DNA of 64,000 bases from Minisyncoccia bacterium (GTDB taxonomy: Bacteria; Patescibacteriota; Minisyncoccia; UBA6257; JAAZHW01): positions 20,015-84,014 of the forward strand of contig JBNASH010000035.1 of the NCBI GenBank assembly GCA_049720475.1, in the 5' to 3' direction. This document shows, piece by piece, positions 38,855 through 50,142 of this stretch; within the stretch, counting starts at the first letter, position 1, and every line of letters starts with the position of its first letter. The position numbers and the translations under genes were made by a program. The notes beneath the pieces were generated by a model. The model saw only the letters and a program-made list of their open reading frames with translations, made no database searches and was not told where the DNA came from.

Positions 38855-39805
38855 TCAATAGCGGGTATTTCTTCGCCGCCGAGCATGAAAAGCCTGATAA
38901 ATTTCTTTCAATTCCTTATCCGTTAAGTGAGTGTAAACTTGCGTTGTACTAATGTTACTATGACCCAAAAGCATTTGAACGGAGCGCAAATCCGCGCCAT
39001 TTTGTAATAAATCGGTAGCAAATAAGTGTCTTAAAGTGTGTGGGGTGACTTTTCTTACAATCCCTGCTTTTTTACTGTAAAAATTTATCAAGCGCTGAAC
39101 ACTTCGCGGCGTGATTCTACCCAATACTTCATAATTTTTTGATTTCTTAAAAGTAACAAAAAGTGGTTCTTCAATATCTGTTCGTTTGGCTAGATATTTT
39201 TTAATTGCTTCTTTAGCTTCATCAGAAAGAAATACCAACCGAATTTTTCCTCCCTTTCCTTTTATACTAAACTCTCCCCTTTCTAAATTAACGCTATCGC
39301 GATTTAATTTACATAATTCTGAAACGCGCAATCCCGTCGCAAACAATGTCTCAAGAATTGCCTTATCACGTAAAGATTTTATATCATTTCCCTCCGGCGC
39401 ATTTAATAATCGTTCTAATTCATTAAAACTAATTAGACTTATTTCATTGCGAGATGCTTTAGCTAACTCCACTTGTTCTGGTGCTAAACATTTAATTCCA
39501 ATTTTGATTAAATATTTCAAAAAACCGCGCAGGGCAATTATATAATAATTTTGTGTAATTTTTCTCAGATTCTGTTGTCTACCCTCCAATCGGTTTAGGT
39601 ATAACCTAAATTGTCTTATTGCCTCCTGATCAATTTCTTCTACTTTCAATTCATCTACTGATTTATTAGTATATTTGGCTAAAAAATCTAAAAATTTAGT
39701 TAAATAACGATTATAATTCTCCAAAGTTTTAAGGCTGCGATTCTTTTCTATTTCCAAATATTCCAGATATTGTTTTTTCAATTCTAATAAATTGTTTTTT
39801 TTCAT
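38855..39805 (-). CDS. xerC: Xer-family tyrosine recombinase
   Basis: [44 protein letters not shown] (R-H-R-Y tetrad). Confidence 0.9.
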   Translation of the reverse strand: MKKNNLLELKKQYLEYLEIEKNRSLKTLENYNRYLTKFLDFLAKYTNKSVDELKVEEIDQEAIRQFRLYLNRLEGRQQNLRKITQNYYIIALRGFLKYLIKIGIKCLAPEQVELAKASRNEISLISFNELERLLNAPEGNDIKSLRDKAILETLFATGLRVSELCKLNRDSVNLERGEFSIKGKGGKIRLVFLSDEAKEAIKKYLAKRTDIEEPLFVTFKKSKNYEVLGRITPRSVQRLINFYSKKAGIVRKVTPHTLRHLFATDLLQNGADLRSVQMLLGHSNISTTQVYTHLTDKELKEIYQAFHARRRRNTRY

Positions 39806-39878
39806 ATCCTACTTCCAATATTATAGCACCTCCGCTTCATCTTGCAAACTTTTAATCTTTGTGTTATTATCAATTCAT

Positions 39879-40142
39879 ATGCTAAAAAAGGAAGAAAAAA
39901 CAAAATTAATAGCCAAATACAAAAAGCACGAAAAAGATACTGGTTCGCCCGAAGTTCAAATTGCCCTTTTAACCGAGCAAATTAATAAATTAACCCAGCA
40001 TCTTAAAAAGCACCCCAAAGATAATCACTCTCGCCGCGGCTTGTTAAAAATGGTTGCTAAAAGGAAAAAGCTTCTTAATTTTCTGCAAAAAGAGTCTGTC
40101 CGCCGCTATAATAAATTAGTAAAAACACTGGGGCTAAAATAA
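39879..40142 (+). CDS. rpsO: 30S ribosomal protein S15
   Basis: [28 protein letters not shown]; start ATG 39879. Confidence 0.97.
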   Translation: MLKKEEKTKLIAKYKKHEKDTGSPEVQIALLTEQINKLTQHLKKHPKDNHSRRGLLKMVAKRKKLLNFLQKESVRRYNKLVKTLGLK

Positions 40143-40146
40143 AAAT

Positions 40147-40698
40147 ATGGTTATAAAATACAAAGATCAACGAGTGGCAGTTTTTTTTGATATTCAAAAC
40201 CTGTACCATTCGGCAAAAAATCTTTATCAAGCACGCGTTGATTTTAAAGAAGTTTTAAAGACAGCGGTAGCTAATCGCAAATTAATTAGAGCGATCGCTT
40301 ATGTTGTCAAAAGCGATGCTGTTGAAGGCGAAACATCTTTTTTCGAAGCACTTCAAAATATCGGGATTGAATTAAGAATAAAAGAATTACAAGTTTATCC
40401 TGATGGTTTAAAAAAGGCCGATTGGGACGTTGGATTGGCTGTTGATGCAATTCGCATAGCTCCTTCGGTTGATAGCATTGTTTTAGTTACTGGCGATGGT
40501 GATTTCTTGCCTTTACTAGATTATCTAAAAGGTATCGGCAAAATAGTTGAGGTTGCAGCTTTTGGCCGTACTGCTTCAGCTAAATTGAAAGAATCTGCTG
40601 ATGATTTTATTGATTTAGAAAAAAACCCTCAAAAATTTTTAATTAAAAGTACCTTAATAAAAAAGTCGAAAAATAAATTTTTCAAACAAAATTATTAA
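40147..40698 (+). CDS. NYN/LabA (DUF88) PIN-like nuclease
   Basis: VFFDIQNL, KADWDVGLAVD, LVTGDGDF, LKESADDFIDL. Confidence 0.9.
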   Translation: MVIKYKDQRVAVFFDIQNLYHSAKNLYQARVDFKEVLKTAVANRKLIRAIAYVVKSDAVEGETSFFEALQNIGIELRIKELQVYPDGLKKADWDVGLAVDAIRIAPSVDSIVLVTGDGDFLPLLDYLKGIGKIVEVAAFGRTASAKLKESADDFIDLEKNPQKFLIKSTLIKKSKNKFFKQNY

Positions 40699-40700
40699 AA

Positions 40701-40776
40701 TTCCAAGAAACAATTTAGAGCAGAGGAGAGGACTGACGATCTTCTCCTCTGCACTAAATTAAATTGTTTCTTGGAA
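40701..40776 (+). promoter_or_regulatory. long stem-loop in pnp 5' leader
   Basis: TTCCAAGAAACAATTT/AAATTGTTTCTTGGAA (16 bp) enclosing GCAGAGGAG/CTCCTCTGC. Confidence 0.75.
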
Positions 40777-40790
40777 AAATTTTATCTCCT

Positions 40791-42926
40791 ATGTTAGAAG
40801 AAAAAGTTTTTTCTTTGGAGGTGGCTGGTAAAAAATTAACAGCCAAATTTACTCCCCTTGCGCAACAAGCTAATGGTTCGGTTCTAATGCAATATGGCGA
40901 AACGGTTGTTTTGGTAACAGCCACTATGGGCAAAACAGATCGGTTAGAAACCGACTTTTTCCCATTGGTTGTTGATTATGAAGAACGATTTTATGCAGCG
41001 GGAAAAATATTAGGAAGTCGCTTTGTCAGAAGAGAAGGCAAACCATCAGAAAATGCCATTTTAAATGCCCGTTTAATTGATCGATCCATCCGTCCCCTTT
41101 TTAATCAGAATATGAGGCGGGAGGTGCAAGTTGTCGCTACTGTTTTAGCCATTGATGGCGAAAACGATCCTGATATTCCCGCTTTAATCGGAACATCTTT
41201 AGCCTTATCAACCTCTGATATTCCTTGGGACGGTCCAATTTCAGCCGTTCGCGTTGGTTTAGTCAATGGTAAATTTATCATTAATCCTTCTTTTCAAGAG
41301 AGAGAAACGAGCGATTTAGATTTCTTTTTAAGCAGTGCTGATGGTGTTATTACAATGATTGAGGTTGGCGCCAACGAAATTAGTGAGGAAAAAATGAATG
41401 AAGCCGTCGAATTAGCTCTAAAAGAAACTGAGAAAATTCAAGATTTTCAAAAAAAGATTATTAAGGAAATGGCAAAACCAAAAGCAGAAATAGTCCTTAA
41501 AAAAATCGATCCGGAAATTGAGAAAAAAACCAAAGAATTCCTCAAAGATAGATTAGAAGAAGCAATTTATACTACTGATAAAATCAGTCGCGTTTCCAAA
41601 CTTCAACAACTTAAAAAAGATCTTGAGGATAATTTCCGAAACGAGGGAATGGATGAAAATCAGATTAAAGAGGCTTTTGTTATTTTAGAAAATGAGATAG
41701 ACATTTTAGTCCATAAAAACATACTGGAAAAAGAAAAAAGACCGGATGGTCGAAAATTAGATGAAATTAGACCAATTTATTGTGCTGTTGGAATTTTGCC
41801 GCGCGTTCATGGTTCCGGCTTATTCATTCGCGGCACAACTCAAGCCCTCTCCACCGTTACACTTGCTGCCCCCTCTCATGGTTTAACTATCGAAACAATT
41901 GAAGAAAGCGACACTAAAAGATTTATTCATCATTATAATTTCCCTCCTTATTCAGTAGGAGAAGTTTCTTCGATGCGCGGTCCTGGCCGAAGAGAAATTG
42001 GACACGGTGCTCTCGCTGAAAAATCATTATTGCCAATCATACCAAAGAAAGAAGATTTTCCTTATACAATTAGAATTGTTTCGGAAATCTTATCTTCCAA
42101 TGGATCATCTTCAATGGCCTCGGTATGTGGTTCTTCTTTGGCTTTAATGGATGCAGGCGTTCCTATTAAAACACCTGCCGCAGGCATTGCTATGGGATTG
42201 GTAATGGAAAATGAAAATAATTATAAAATCTTAACGGATATTCAAGGACCTGAAGATCATTACGGAGATATGGACTTTAAAGTAGCGAGAACAAAAAATG
42301 GCATCACTGGCATTCAATTAGATGTCAAAATTAAAGGTATAACTGTTAAAATTTTCAAAGAAACGCTGGAGCAGGCTAAAAAAGCTTGTCTCGAAATATT
42401 AAAGAAAATGAGTGAGGTTCTTGAAAAACCACGTCCAAATTTATCTCCTTTAGCACCAAAAATTTTTACTATTCAAATTAATCCCGAAAAAATTCGTGAT
42501 GTAATCGGCTCGGGCGGAAAAACGATTAATGATATTATCAAAAAAACCGGTGTCGAAATTGATATTGAAGAGGATGGCACTATTTTTGTAACTGCCCCCA
42601 CTGAAGAAGCTGGCAAGGAAGCCTTGGGAATTATCAAAAATATTACTTATGAATTCAAAGAAGGAGAAATTGTTACAGGCAAAGTCGTTAAAATTTTGGA
42701 CTTTGGTGCAATTGTTGATCTTGGTTTTGGAAAAGAAGGTCTACTCCATATTTCTGAAATTGCTAATCGTCGCATTGAAAAAGTAGAAAATGAGGTTAAG
42801 GTTGGACAGGTTTTAACTCTAAAAATCATAAAAATCGAAGAAAATGGCAGAATCGCACTTTCACTTAAGGCCTTAAACGAAAATGGATCTTCAAGACAAA
42901 ATAATCATTTTAAAAATAAAAAATAA
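40791..42926 (+). CDS. pnp: polyribonucleotide nucleotidyltransferase
   Basis: DFFPLVVDYEE, RLIDRSIRP, RREIGHG, SNGSSSMAS, GDMDFK, KH and S1 domains. Confidence 0.98.
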   Translation: MLEEKVFSLEVAGKKLTAKFTPLAQQANGSVLMQYGETVVLVTATMGKTDRLETDFFPLVVDYEERFYAAGKILGSRFVRREGKPSENAILNARLIDRSIRPLFNQNMRREVQVVATVLAIDGENDPDIPALIGTSLALSTSDIPWDGPISAVRVGLVNGKFIINPSFQERETSDLDFFLSSADGVITMIEVGANEISEEKMNEAVELALKETEKIQDFQKKIIKEMAKPKAEIVLKKIDPEIEKKTKEFLKDRLEEAIYTTDKISRVSKLQQLKKDLEDNFRNEGMDENQIKEAFVILENEIDILVHKNILEKEKRPDGRKLDEIRPIYCAVGILPRVHGSGLFIRGTTQALSTVTLAAPSHGLTIETIEESDTKRFIHHYNFPPYSVGEVSSMRGPGRREIGHGALAEKSLLPIIPKKEDFPYTIRIVSEILSSNGSSSMASVCGSSLALMDAGVPIKTPAAGIAMGLVMENENNYKILTDIQGPEDHYGDMDFKVARTKNGITGIQLDVKIKGITVKIFKETLEQAKKACLEILKKMSEVLEKPRPNLSPLAPKIFTIQINPEKIRDVIGSGGKTINDIIKKTGVEIDIEEDGTIFVTAPTEEAGKEALGIIKNITYEFKEGEIVTGKVVKILDFGAIVDLGFGKEGLLHISEIANRRIEKVENEVKVGQVLTLKIIKIEENGRIALSLKALNENGSSRQNNHFKNKK

Positions 42927-42939
42927 ATAATCCGCCAAA

Positions 42940-42980
42940 TAAAAGAAAACCGCTCTATTTTTAAGAGCGGTTTTCTTTTA
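42940..42980. terminator. bidirectional terminator between pnp and rpoC
   Basis: TAAAAGAAAACCGCTCT-attttta-AGAGCGGTTTTCTTTTA. Confidence 0.88.
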
Positions 42981-45900
42981 TTATTTATTTTTCTTTTTCG
43001 CCTCTTGTTGTTCTCTTTTTCTAAACCCTGTTCCTACCGGCACCAAACGACCAATTATAACGTTTTCTTTTAATCCACGCAAATAATCTACTTTTCCTTC
43101 CAAAGCTGCTTTCACTAATACGCGTGTTGTCTCTTGGAAAGAAGCAGCTGCCAAAAAACTTTCGCTAGCTAAGGCAGAACGAGTAATACCTAAGAATAAT
43201 TGAACAGCTTTAGCGGGTTTTTTACCTTTGGCTTTCAATTTTCTATTTTCTTCCAAAAATCTCGATTTAGAAACAATCTCACCAATTAAGAAATCGCTAT
43301 CCCCTGGATTTTTAATTTTTACTTTATCAAACATCTGTCGAACAATAATTTCCAAATGTTTATTATTGATACTTACGCCTTCAGAAACATAAATCTTTTG
43401 AATTTCAGTCAAAATATATCGCTCAACGGTCTCACGATCAGTAACTTTTAATAATTCCTTAGGATCAATATCGCCACTGCATAATTTATCTCCAGCCTTT
43501 ACTATATCCCCTTCTTTCACTAAAATCTTTTTGGTTTTAGGAATTGAATACTGATAAATATCTGAACTTTTTGTTTTGCGAGTTCGACTTTTAGTCTCTT
43601 TATCTTTGTTTCTTTTAGCTTTAACATGGATGAAAATTTCTTTTTCTTGTTCTTCAATTTTAACTATCTCGCCATCCACCTCACTAATAATAGCTTTATT
43701 TTTGGGAGTCCGCGCCTCAAATAATTCTTCGATTCTTGGCAAACCATGGGTAATATCTTGACCAGCTACACCACCGGTATGAAAAGTTCTTAATGTTAAC
43801 TGCGTACCTGGTTCACCAATTGATTGAGCAGCAATAATACCTATTGGTGTGCCCGGCTCAACCGGCTTATTATAACCTAAATCATGTCCATAACATTTAG
43901 CGCACACACCCCATAAAGTCTTACACGTAATTGGAGAACGAATTTTAACTGCTTGAATATCAGATTTTTCAATTATTTCTGCTATTTGAGGAGTAATAAC
44001 CTCGTTAGCTTTTATAATTGTTTTATTGTCTATTTTAACATCTTCCAATACTGTTCGTCCGATTAAACGTGCGCTAAAACGATGTCCATAATCTGCTCCG
44101 TCTGTACGATAAACAGTAATTCCTCTTTTAGTTCCGCAATCTTCTTCAGTCACAATCACCTCTTGCGCTGCATCAATTAAACGACGAGTTAAATAACCAG
44201 CATTGGCAGTTTTCAAGGCTGTATCACTTGATCCCTTACGCGCACCATGGCTAGCAATAAAATATTCCAAAACGCTCAATCCTTCTTTATAAGAAGAAAG
44301 GATGGGCAATTCAATAATTTCGCCTTTTGGATTTTGAACCAAACCTTTCATTCCCATCATCTGGGTTAATTGTCCCCACGAACCTCGGCTACCAGAATCA
44401 ATAATTTGAAAAACAGGATTATTTTCTGGTAATACTTTAGTGATATTCTTGGCAATTTTGGACAATCCTTTCTCCCACGTTTTAATAGTGTGTGTTCTTT
44501 TTTCGTCACGCGCCAAAAAGCCTTCATTAAATTGTTGTTCGATTGTTTGAATTTCCTTACGACTTTCATTTATAATCTCCTCCTTGTCAGAAGGAATAAC
44601 TAAATCTGACATCGACCAGGTAATGCCAGAAATAGTAGCATAATGAAAACCCAACATCTTAATTTTGTCTAATAGATCAATTGCCGTATTGGAATCAAAA
44701 TGACTAATAATATAATCGGTTAATTTACTCAAGAACTTCTTTTCAACAACTTCTCCAACAAATGGAAAATCCTTCGGGAAAATATCATTAAAGATAATTT
44801 GACCAGCCGAAGTCTCAATTAAAACGTTTGGGTTTTCATATTTTTCTGCCACCAAAACATCCCCCATTTTCTTGAAATAAAATTCTTTATAGGGTTTAAT
44901 TTTGATCTTGGCTTTTAGATCTATAATTTTGTAATCGTAAGCTATAATAACTTCTTCTGGCGAAGAAAAAACTTTTCCTTCTCCTTTTAAATTATCAAAA
45001 ATTTTGGTGAGATAATAACAACCTAGAATAATATCCTTTGTCGGATTAATGATTGGTTCGCCATTGGCCGGTTTTAAACAATTCAAAGAAGAAAGCATAA
45101 TTTCTCTTGCTTCTTTCTGAGCTTCCTCGGTTAATGGCAAATGCACAGCCATTTGATCACCATCAAAATCCGCATTAAAAGCCGTGCACACCATGGGTGG
45201 AATCCTTAAAGCCAGATCTTCAATTAGCACCGGCTTAAATGCTTGGATACCCAAACGATGCAGTGTTGGAGCACGATTCAACAAAACATAACGATCTCTA
45301 ATAACTTCTTCAAGAATTGCCCAAACTTCAGCTGGCCCTTGATCAATTAAACGGTTTGCGCTTCGGATATTAAAAACAATTCCTCTTTCTAAAAGTTTAT
45401 TAACCACAAATGGTCTGAATAATTCCAAAGCCATTACTTTGGGCAAACCACATTCAAAATGTCTCAATTCAGGTCCAACCACAATTACAGAACGACCAGA
45501 ATAATCAACGCGCTTTCCCAATAAATTCTGTCTAAAGCGACCTTGTTTACCTTGCAAAATATCGGAAAGAGATTTTAATGGTCTCTTTTGAGCGCTAGAT
45601 TGAATTTGTGTTTTACGAGCACTGTTATCAATTAACGCATCCACCGCTTCTTGAAGCATTCTTTTTTCGTTTCTAATAATTACTTCTGGCGCATTTAACT
45701 CTAAAAGTTTCTTTAATCGGTTATTACGATTAATCACTCGGCGGTATAAATCATTCAAATCAGAAGTAGCATAACGCCCTCCATCCAAAGCCACCATTGG
45801 TCTTAAATCTGGTGGCAAAACAGGCAAAACAGTCAAAAACATCCATTCTGGTCTCAGATTGTTTTTAATAAATGAGCGGATTAATCTTAATTGAAGAAGA

Positions 45901-46631
45901 ATTTTTTTCTTATCACCCTTCTTATTTTTAAATTCTTTAATTAGTTGTTTTTCTTTCTTTTTTAAATCAATTTCTTTTAATAATTCAACAATTGGTTCGC
46001 TTCCTATCCCAGCTTCAAAGACATGTCCAAATTTTTTGCTTAAATTAAAATACTCACTTTCAGAAATAATTTTTAATGGGTATAAACCATTTAATTTTTC
46101 TACGTTGTCTTTATAGACAGTTTCTAAAAGATTTAACTTATCTTTAGGAGTACTTTTCTTTTTGCTTTCATATTCGGACTTTAATTCTTCTAGAGCTTTT
46201 TTTCTTTCTTCATCATTAACTTTAGTAATAATGTAAGCTGTATAATAAATTACTCTTTCCAACTGTTGCTGATTAACTCCTAAAAAGAGGGCTATTGGAG
46301 AAGGAATATTTCTTAAATACCAAATATGAGCAACAGGTGATGCTAATTTTATATGTCCCATTCTTTCTCGACGTACACTAGAACGTGTAACTTCAACACC
46401 ACATTTATCGCAGATAATGCCTTTATAACGAATTCTTTTATACTTTCCACAATAACATTCCCAATCTTTCGTTGGTCCAAAAATTCTTTCAGAAAACAAA
46501 CCATCTTTCTCTGGTCTTTGAGTTCGATAATTAATAGTTTCGGGTTTTGTTACTTCCCCATAACTCCAAGAAAGAATTTCTTCTGGAGATGCTAGTTTTA
46601 ATTTAATTGCTAAAAAATCTTCTGGTAGCAT
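42981..46631 (-). CDS. rpoC: RNA polymerase beta' subunit
   Basis: [36 protein letters not shown]. Confidence 0.99.
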   Translation of the reverse strand: MLPEDFLAIKLKLASPEEILSWSYGEVTKPETINYRTQRPEKDGLFSERIFGPTKDWECYCGKYKRIRYKGIICDKCGVEVTRSSVRRERMGHIKLASPVAHIWYLRNIPSPIALFLGVNQQQLERVIYYTAYIITKVNDEERKKALEELKSEYESKKKSTPKDKLNLLETVYKDNVEKLNGLYPLKIISESEYFNLSKKFGHVFEAGIGSEPIVELLKEIDLKKKEKQLIKEFKNKKGDKKKILLQLRLIRSFIKNNLRPEWMFLTVLPVLPPDLRPMVALDGGRYATSDLNDLYRRVINRNNRLKKLLELNAPEVIIRNEKRMLQEAVDALIDNSARKTQIQSSAQKRPLKSLSDILQGKQGRFRQNLLGKRVDYSGRSVIVVGPELRHFECGLPKVMALELFRPFVVNKLLERGIVFNIRSANRLIDQGPAEVWAILEEVIRDRYVLLNRAPTLHRLGIQAFKPVLIEDLALRIPPMVCTAFNADFDGDQMAVHLPLTEEAQKEAREIMLSSLNCLKPANGEPIINPTKDIILGCYYLTKIFDNLKGEGKVFSSPEEVIIAYDYKIIDLKAKIKIKPYKEFYFKKMGDVLVAEKYENPNVLIETSAGQIIFNDIFPKDFPFVGEVVEKKFLSKLTDYIISHFDSNTAIDLLDKIKMLGFHYATISGITWSMSDLVIPSDKEEIINESRKEIQTIEQQFNEGFLARDEKRTHTIKTWEKGLSKIAKNITKVLPENNPVFQIIDSGSRGSWGQLTQMMGMKGLVQNPKGEIIELPILSSYKEGLSVLEYFIASHGARKGSSDTALKTANAGYLTRRLIDAAQEVIVTEEDCGTKRGITVYRTDGADYGHRFSARLIGRTVLEDVKIDNKTIIKANEVITPQIAEIIEKSDIQAVKIRSPITCKTLWGVCAKCYGHDLGYNKPVEPGTPIGIIAAQSIGEPGTQLTLRTFHTGGVAGQDITHGLPRIEELFEARTPKNKAIISEVDGEIVKIEEQEKEIFIHVKAKRNKDKETKSRTRKTKSSDIYQYSIPKTKKILVKEGDIVKAGDKLCSGDIDPKELLKVTDRETVERYILTEIQKIYVSEGVSINNKHLEIIVRQMFDKVKIKNPGDSDFLIGEIVSKSRFLEENRKLKAKGKKPAKAVQLFLGITRSALASESFLAAASFQETTRVLVKAALEGKVDYLRGLKENVIIGRLVPVGTGFRKREQQEAKKKNK

Positions 46632-46634
46632 ATT

Positions 46635-49600
46635 TTATTCTTCTTTTGGTTGTTGATTTTGACCTTGATTATTTTCTAAATATTTATTATCTTCCATAGC
46701 TTCAGCAAATAATTTACCCTCACTTTCTTTCTCTTCTTCCGCTTTAGCCTTTTCTTTAACCCCAATTAATTCAATACTTAAAGCCAAACTCTTTAATTCA
46801 TTAACAAGAACATGGAAAGAAGCGGGAATATTCGGACTCTTAAATTCTTGACCCCGCACAATTGATTCATAAGTGGAAATTCTTCCTTTAACATCGTCCG
46901 ATTTGATGGTTAACATTTCTTGTAGGGTGTAAGCAGCGCCATAACCTTCCAATGCCCAAACTTCCATTTCGCCAAAACGTTGACCACCTAATTGCGCCTT
47001 GCCGCCCAAAGGTTGCTGGGTAATTAAAGAATAAGGACCAATGGAGCGCATATGGACTTTATCCTCAACCATATGCACCAATTTCATCATATAAATATAT
47101 CCAACCATTACCCTATTCTCAAAAGGCTCACCAGTTCGGCCATCATATAAAACAACTTTCCCATCTTCAGGCAAACCAGCGTTTTTTAGCTCTTTTTTAA
47201 TATCTTCTTCTGTTGTTCCGCTGAAAACCGGTACAATCGCTTGATAACCCAATTCATGGGCTGCCCAACCTAAATGAGTTTCTAAAATCTGTCCAAGATT
47301 CATACGCGAAGCAACGCCTAACGGATTTAAAATAATATCAACTGGCGTTCCATCCTCTAAATAAGGCATGTCTTCTACTGGAACAATTTTCGAAATAACA
47401 CCTTTATTACCATGACGACCGGCTAATTTATCTCCTGCCCTAATCAATCTTCTTTGAGCAACTTCAATTTGAATACGTTTAATAATACCCGGTTCTAATT
47501 TATCGCCTCGATCACGAGAAAAAATTTTAATACCAACTACTCTTCCTCGTTTGCCGTGTTTCAAAATTAATGAGGTATCCTTAACATCGCGTGCTTTTTC
47601 ACCAAAAATCGCTCTTAATAATCTTTCTTCTGCTGTTAATTCGCCTTCTCCTTTTGGCGAAATTTTACCAACTAAAATATCACCGCTTCTGACTTCCGCA
47701 CCAATTCTAACAATACCCTCTTCATCTAAATCTTTTAGTTTTTCTAATGAAACATTTGGAATATCTAAAGTTGTAATCTCTGGTCCTAATTTTGTCTCTC
47801 GAACATCACAAACAAAATCTTCGATATGGATAGAAGTAAATAAATCGTTTTGAACTACTCTTTCAGATAAAATTACTGCATCTTCATAATTAGCGCCACC
47901 CCAAGAAATAAAAGCCACTAATAAATTTTTACCCAAAGCCAACATACCATCTTTTGTTTGTAAACTATCAGCCAAGACATCGCCTTTGCGAATCTTTTGA
48001 CCTTTTTTAACTATTGGTCTTTGGGAAATACAAGTATACTGATTGGCTCGAACAAATGTTCGCAAATGATAAATTTTGTAATCGTTGCTGCCTTTTATTT
48101 TTATTTTAATATGTCGCCCATCAACTTCCACTACCTCGCCATCAACCTCACTAACTAAAACATGACCTGAATCGCGCGCCGCCTTACCCTCTAATCCAGT
48201 GGCTACTAACGGCGCTTCACTATACATATAGGAAACGGCTTGGCGTTGCATATTCGAACCCATTTGGGCACGATTAGCATCATCATGTTCCAAAAATGGA
48301 ATTAAAGAAGTAGCAACACTTAAAATCTGAAATGGTGAAACATCGATTAAATCAATTTGGTCACGATGGTAAAAACCTGGCTCGCCTCGATATCGAGCTT
48401 CAACCAATTCATCAATAATTTTTCCATTTTTATCAATATTAACATTAGAGTGAGCAATATGATATTTTTCTTCTTCATAAGCATCCAAATAAACAATCTC
48501 ATCTGTAATATGGCCTTTATTAACCTTGAAATAAGGTGTTTCAATAAAACCGAATCGATTTAATCTCGCAAAAGTTGATAAATAAGTAACTAAACCAACG
48601 TTTTGTCCTTCAGGTGTCTGAATTGGACAAATTCTGCCATAGTGAGTCGGGTGAACATCTCTCACCTCAAAACCAGCTCTCTTACGATGCAAACCACCCG
48701 GACCCATGGCTGATAATCTTCTTTTGTGTTCCAACTCCGCCAATGGGTTTTCTTGAGCCAAAAATTGAGATAACTGAGAAGTGCTGAAAAACTCCCAAAC
48801 AACAGCCATCATTTGCCGAGCATTTATTAATTGAGCGGGTACTAAATTATAAATATCTAAAGTGGACATTCTTTCTTGAATAGTTCGGCGCAAACGCATT
48901 ATCCCCACTCTTAAACGATTTTGTAATAATTCTCCCACTGGCCGCACGCGTCGGTTGCTTAAATGATCAATATCATCTGGTTCGGCTAATTCGTTATTAT
49001 TGGAACTAATTATCAATTTGATAACCTCAACTAAATCTTTAAGGGTTAAAGTCTTCTCTTTTATCTCGCCATTTTTACGATTAAGACGTTGGTTTAGCTT
49101 AAAGCGACCAACCTCTCCTAGATCATAACGATCTTCTCGGAAAAACATTCCATCAATTAAACCTTTAGCATTATCTGGAGTAGCCAAATCGCCCGGCCGA
49201 ATACGTCGATAAATTTCCACATAGGATTCTTCTTTTGTTTTAGCAATATCCTTTGCCAACGTTTTTTCAATATATCTTATCTTTCCATTATCAACATCGG
49301 CAAAAGTTTTTAAAATCTCTTCATTGGTTTCTAATCCAAAAATCCTTAATAAACAAGTTGCTGGCACCTTCCTTTTCCGATCAATTTTCACATAGATAGC
49401 GGAGTCCAAATCAGTCTCAAATTCTAACCAAGAACCGCGATTGGGAATTAATTTAGCACCAAATAATTTTCGTCCGCGCACTTGAATCGCTGTTAAATAC
49501 AAACCGCTTGAACGAATAATTTGGGAAACAACCGTTCTTTCAACGCCATTCACAATAAAAGTTCCCCGGGAAGTCATCATGGGTATTTCTCCAAAATAAA

Positions 49601-49916
49601 CTTCTTGAATTTTAGTCTCGTTCGTTTTTTTATTAACAAGTTTTAATTTAACCCTAAGCGCCGCTTCGTAGGTCAAATTTTTTTCTTGACTTTCTATTTC
49701 ATCAAACTTTGGCTGATCAAAATAGTAATCTTCAAAATATAATTCTAACTCTTTACCCGTATAATCTTTAACAGGAGAAATTTCATTAAATAGCTCCCTT
49801 AACCCCTCTTTTAAAAACCAATTATAAGAATTTATTTGAATTTCTGCTAAATGTGGTAAATGTTTTAATGTTTCTAAAAATCTAGGGGATTTGGCAAAAA
49901 TTTTTTGGGGCAGCAT
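46635..49916 (-). CDS. rpoB: RNA polymerase beta subunit
   Basis: HYGRICPIQTPEG, GDKLAGRHGNKG, GGQRFGEMEVWALE. Confidence 0.99.
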   Translation of the reverse strand: MLPQKIFAKSPRFLETLKHLPHLAEIQINSYNWFLKEGLRELFNEISPVKDYTGKELELYFEDYYFDQPKFDEIESQEKNLTYEAALRVKLKLVNKKTNETKIQEVYFGEIPMMTSRGTFIVNGVERTVVSQIIRSSGLYLTAIQVRGRKLFGAKLIPNRGSWLEFETDLDSAIYVKIDRKRKVPATCLLRIFGLETNEEILKTFADVDNGKIRYIEKTLAKDIAKTKEESYVEIYRRIRPGDLATPDNAKGLIDGMFFREDRYDLGEVGRFKLNQRLNRKNGEIKEKTLTLKDLVEVIKLIISSNNNELAEPDDIDHLSNRRVRPVGELLQNRLRVGIMRLRRTIQERMSTLDIYNLVPAQLINARQMMAVVWEFFSTSQLSQFLAQENPLAELEHKRRLSAMGPGGLHRKRAGFEVRDVHPTHYGRICPIQTPEGQNVGLVTYLSTFARLNRFGFIETPYFKVNKGHITDEIVYLDAYEEEKYHIAHSNVNIDKNGKIIDELVEARYRGEPGFYHRDQIDLIDVSPFQILSVATSLIPFLEHDDANRAQMGSNMQRQAVSYMYSEAPLVATGLEGKAARDSGHVLVSEVDGEVVEVDGRHIKIKIKGSNDYKIYHLRTFVRANQYTCISQRPIVKKGQKIRKGDVLADSLQTKDGMLALGKNLLVAFISWGGANYEDAVILSERVVQNDLFTSIHIEDFVCDVRETKLGPEITTLDIPNVSLEKLKDLDEEGIVRIGAEVRSGDILVGKISPKGEGELTAEERLLRAIFGEKARDVKDTSLILKHGKRGRVVGIKIFSRDRGDKLEPGIIKRIQIEVAQRRLIRAGDKLAGRHGNKGVISKIVPVEDMPYLEDGTPVDIILNPLGVASRMNLGQILETHLGWAAHELGYQAIVPVFSGTTEEDIKKELKNAGLPEDGKVVLYDGRTGEPFENRVMVGYIYMMKLVHMVEDKVHMRSIGPYSLITQQPLGGKAQLGGQRFGEMEVWALEGYGAAYTLQEMLTIKSDDVKGRISTYESIVRGQEFKSPNIPASFHVLVNELKSLALSIELIGVKEKAKAEEEKESEGKLFAEAMEDNKYLENNQGQNQQPKEE

Positions 49917-50142
49917 AATTATTTTATAAATCAATTATATTGTTTGACACTTAAAATTGGATTAATAAAGAAACATTGCCCAGGGGGGCATTAATTTATA
50001 ATTTTTTTATCTTTTTATCAAAAATTGAGTCAAAGTTTTGAAAAATAAATTATTTTAAATTATTTAAATAAAGTAACTAAATTTAGTTGATTGTATACTA
50101 TACTATTCAAAAAATTTTTTTTGTCAAGTATTTATTAAGCGA

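Noticed and set aside
38855-39805. Tyrosine recombinase as a prophage/island integrase
   Set aside because: XerC/D-like length and motifs, flanked by core genes, with no att repeats or phage genes adjacent.
49976-49991. Small GC hairpin TGCCC/GGGCA in the rpoB leader
   Set aside because: Only a 5-6 bp stem; not enough to call an attenuator.
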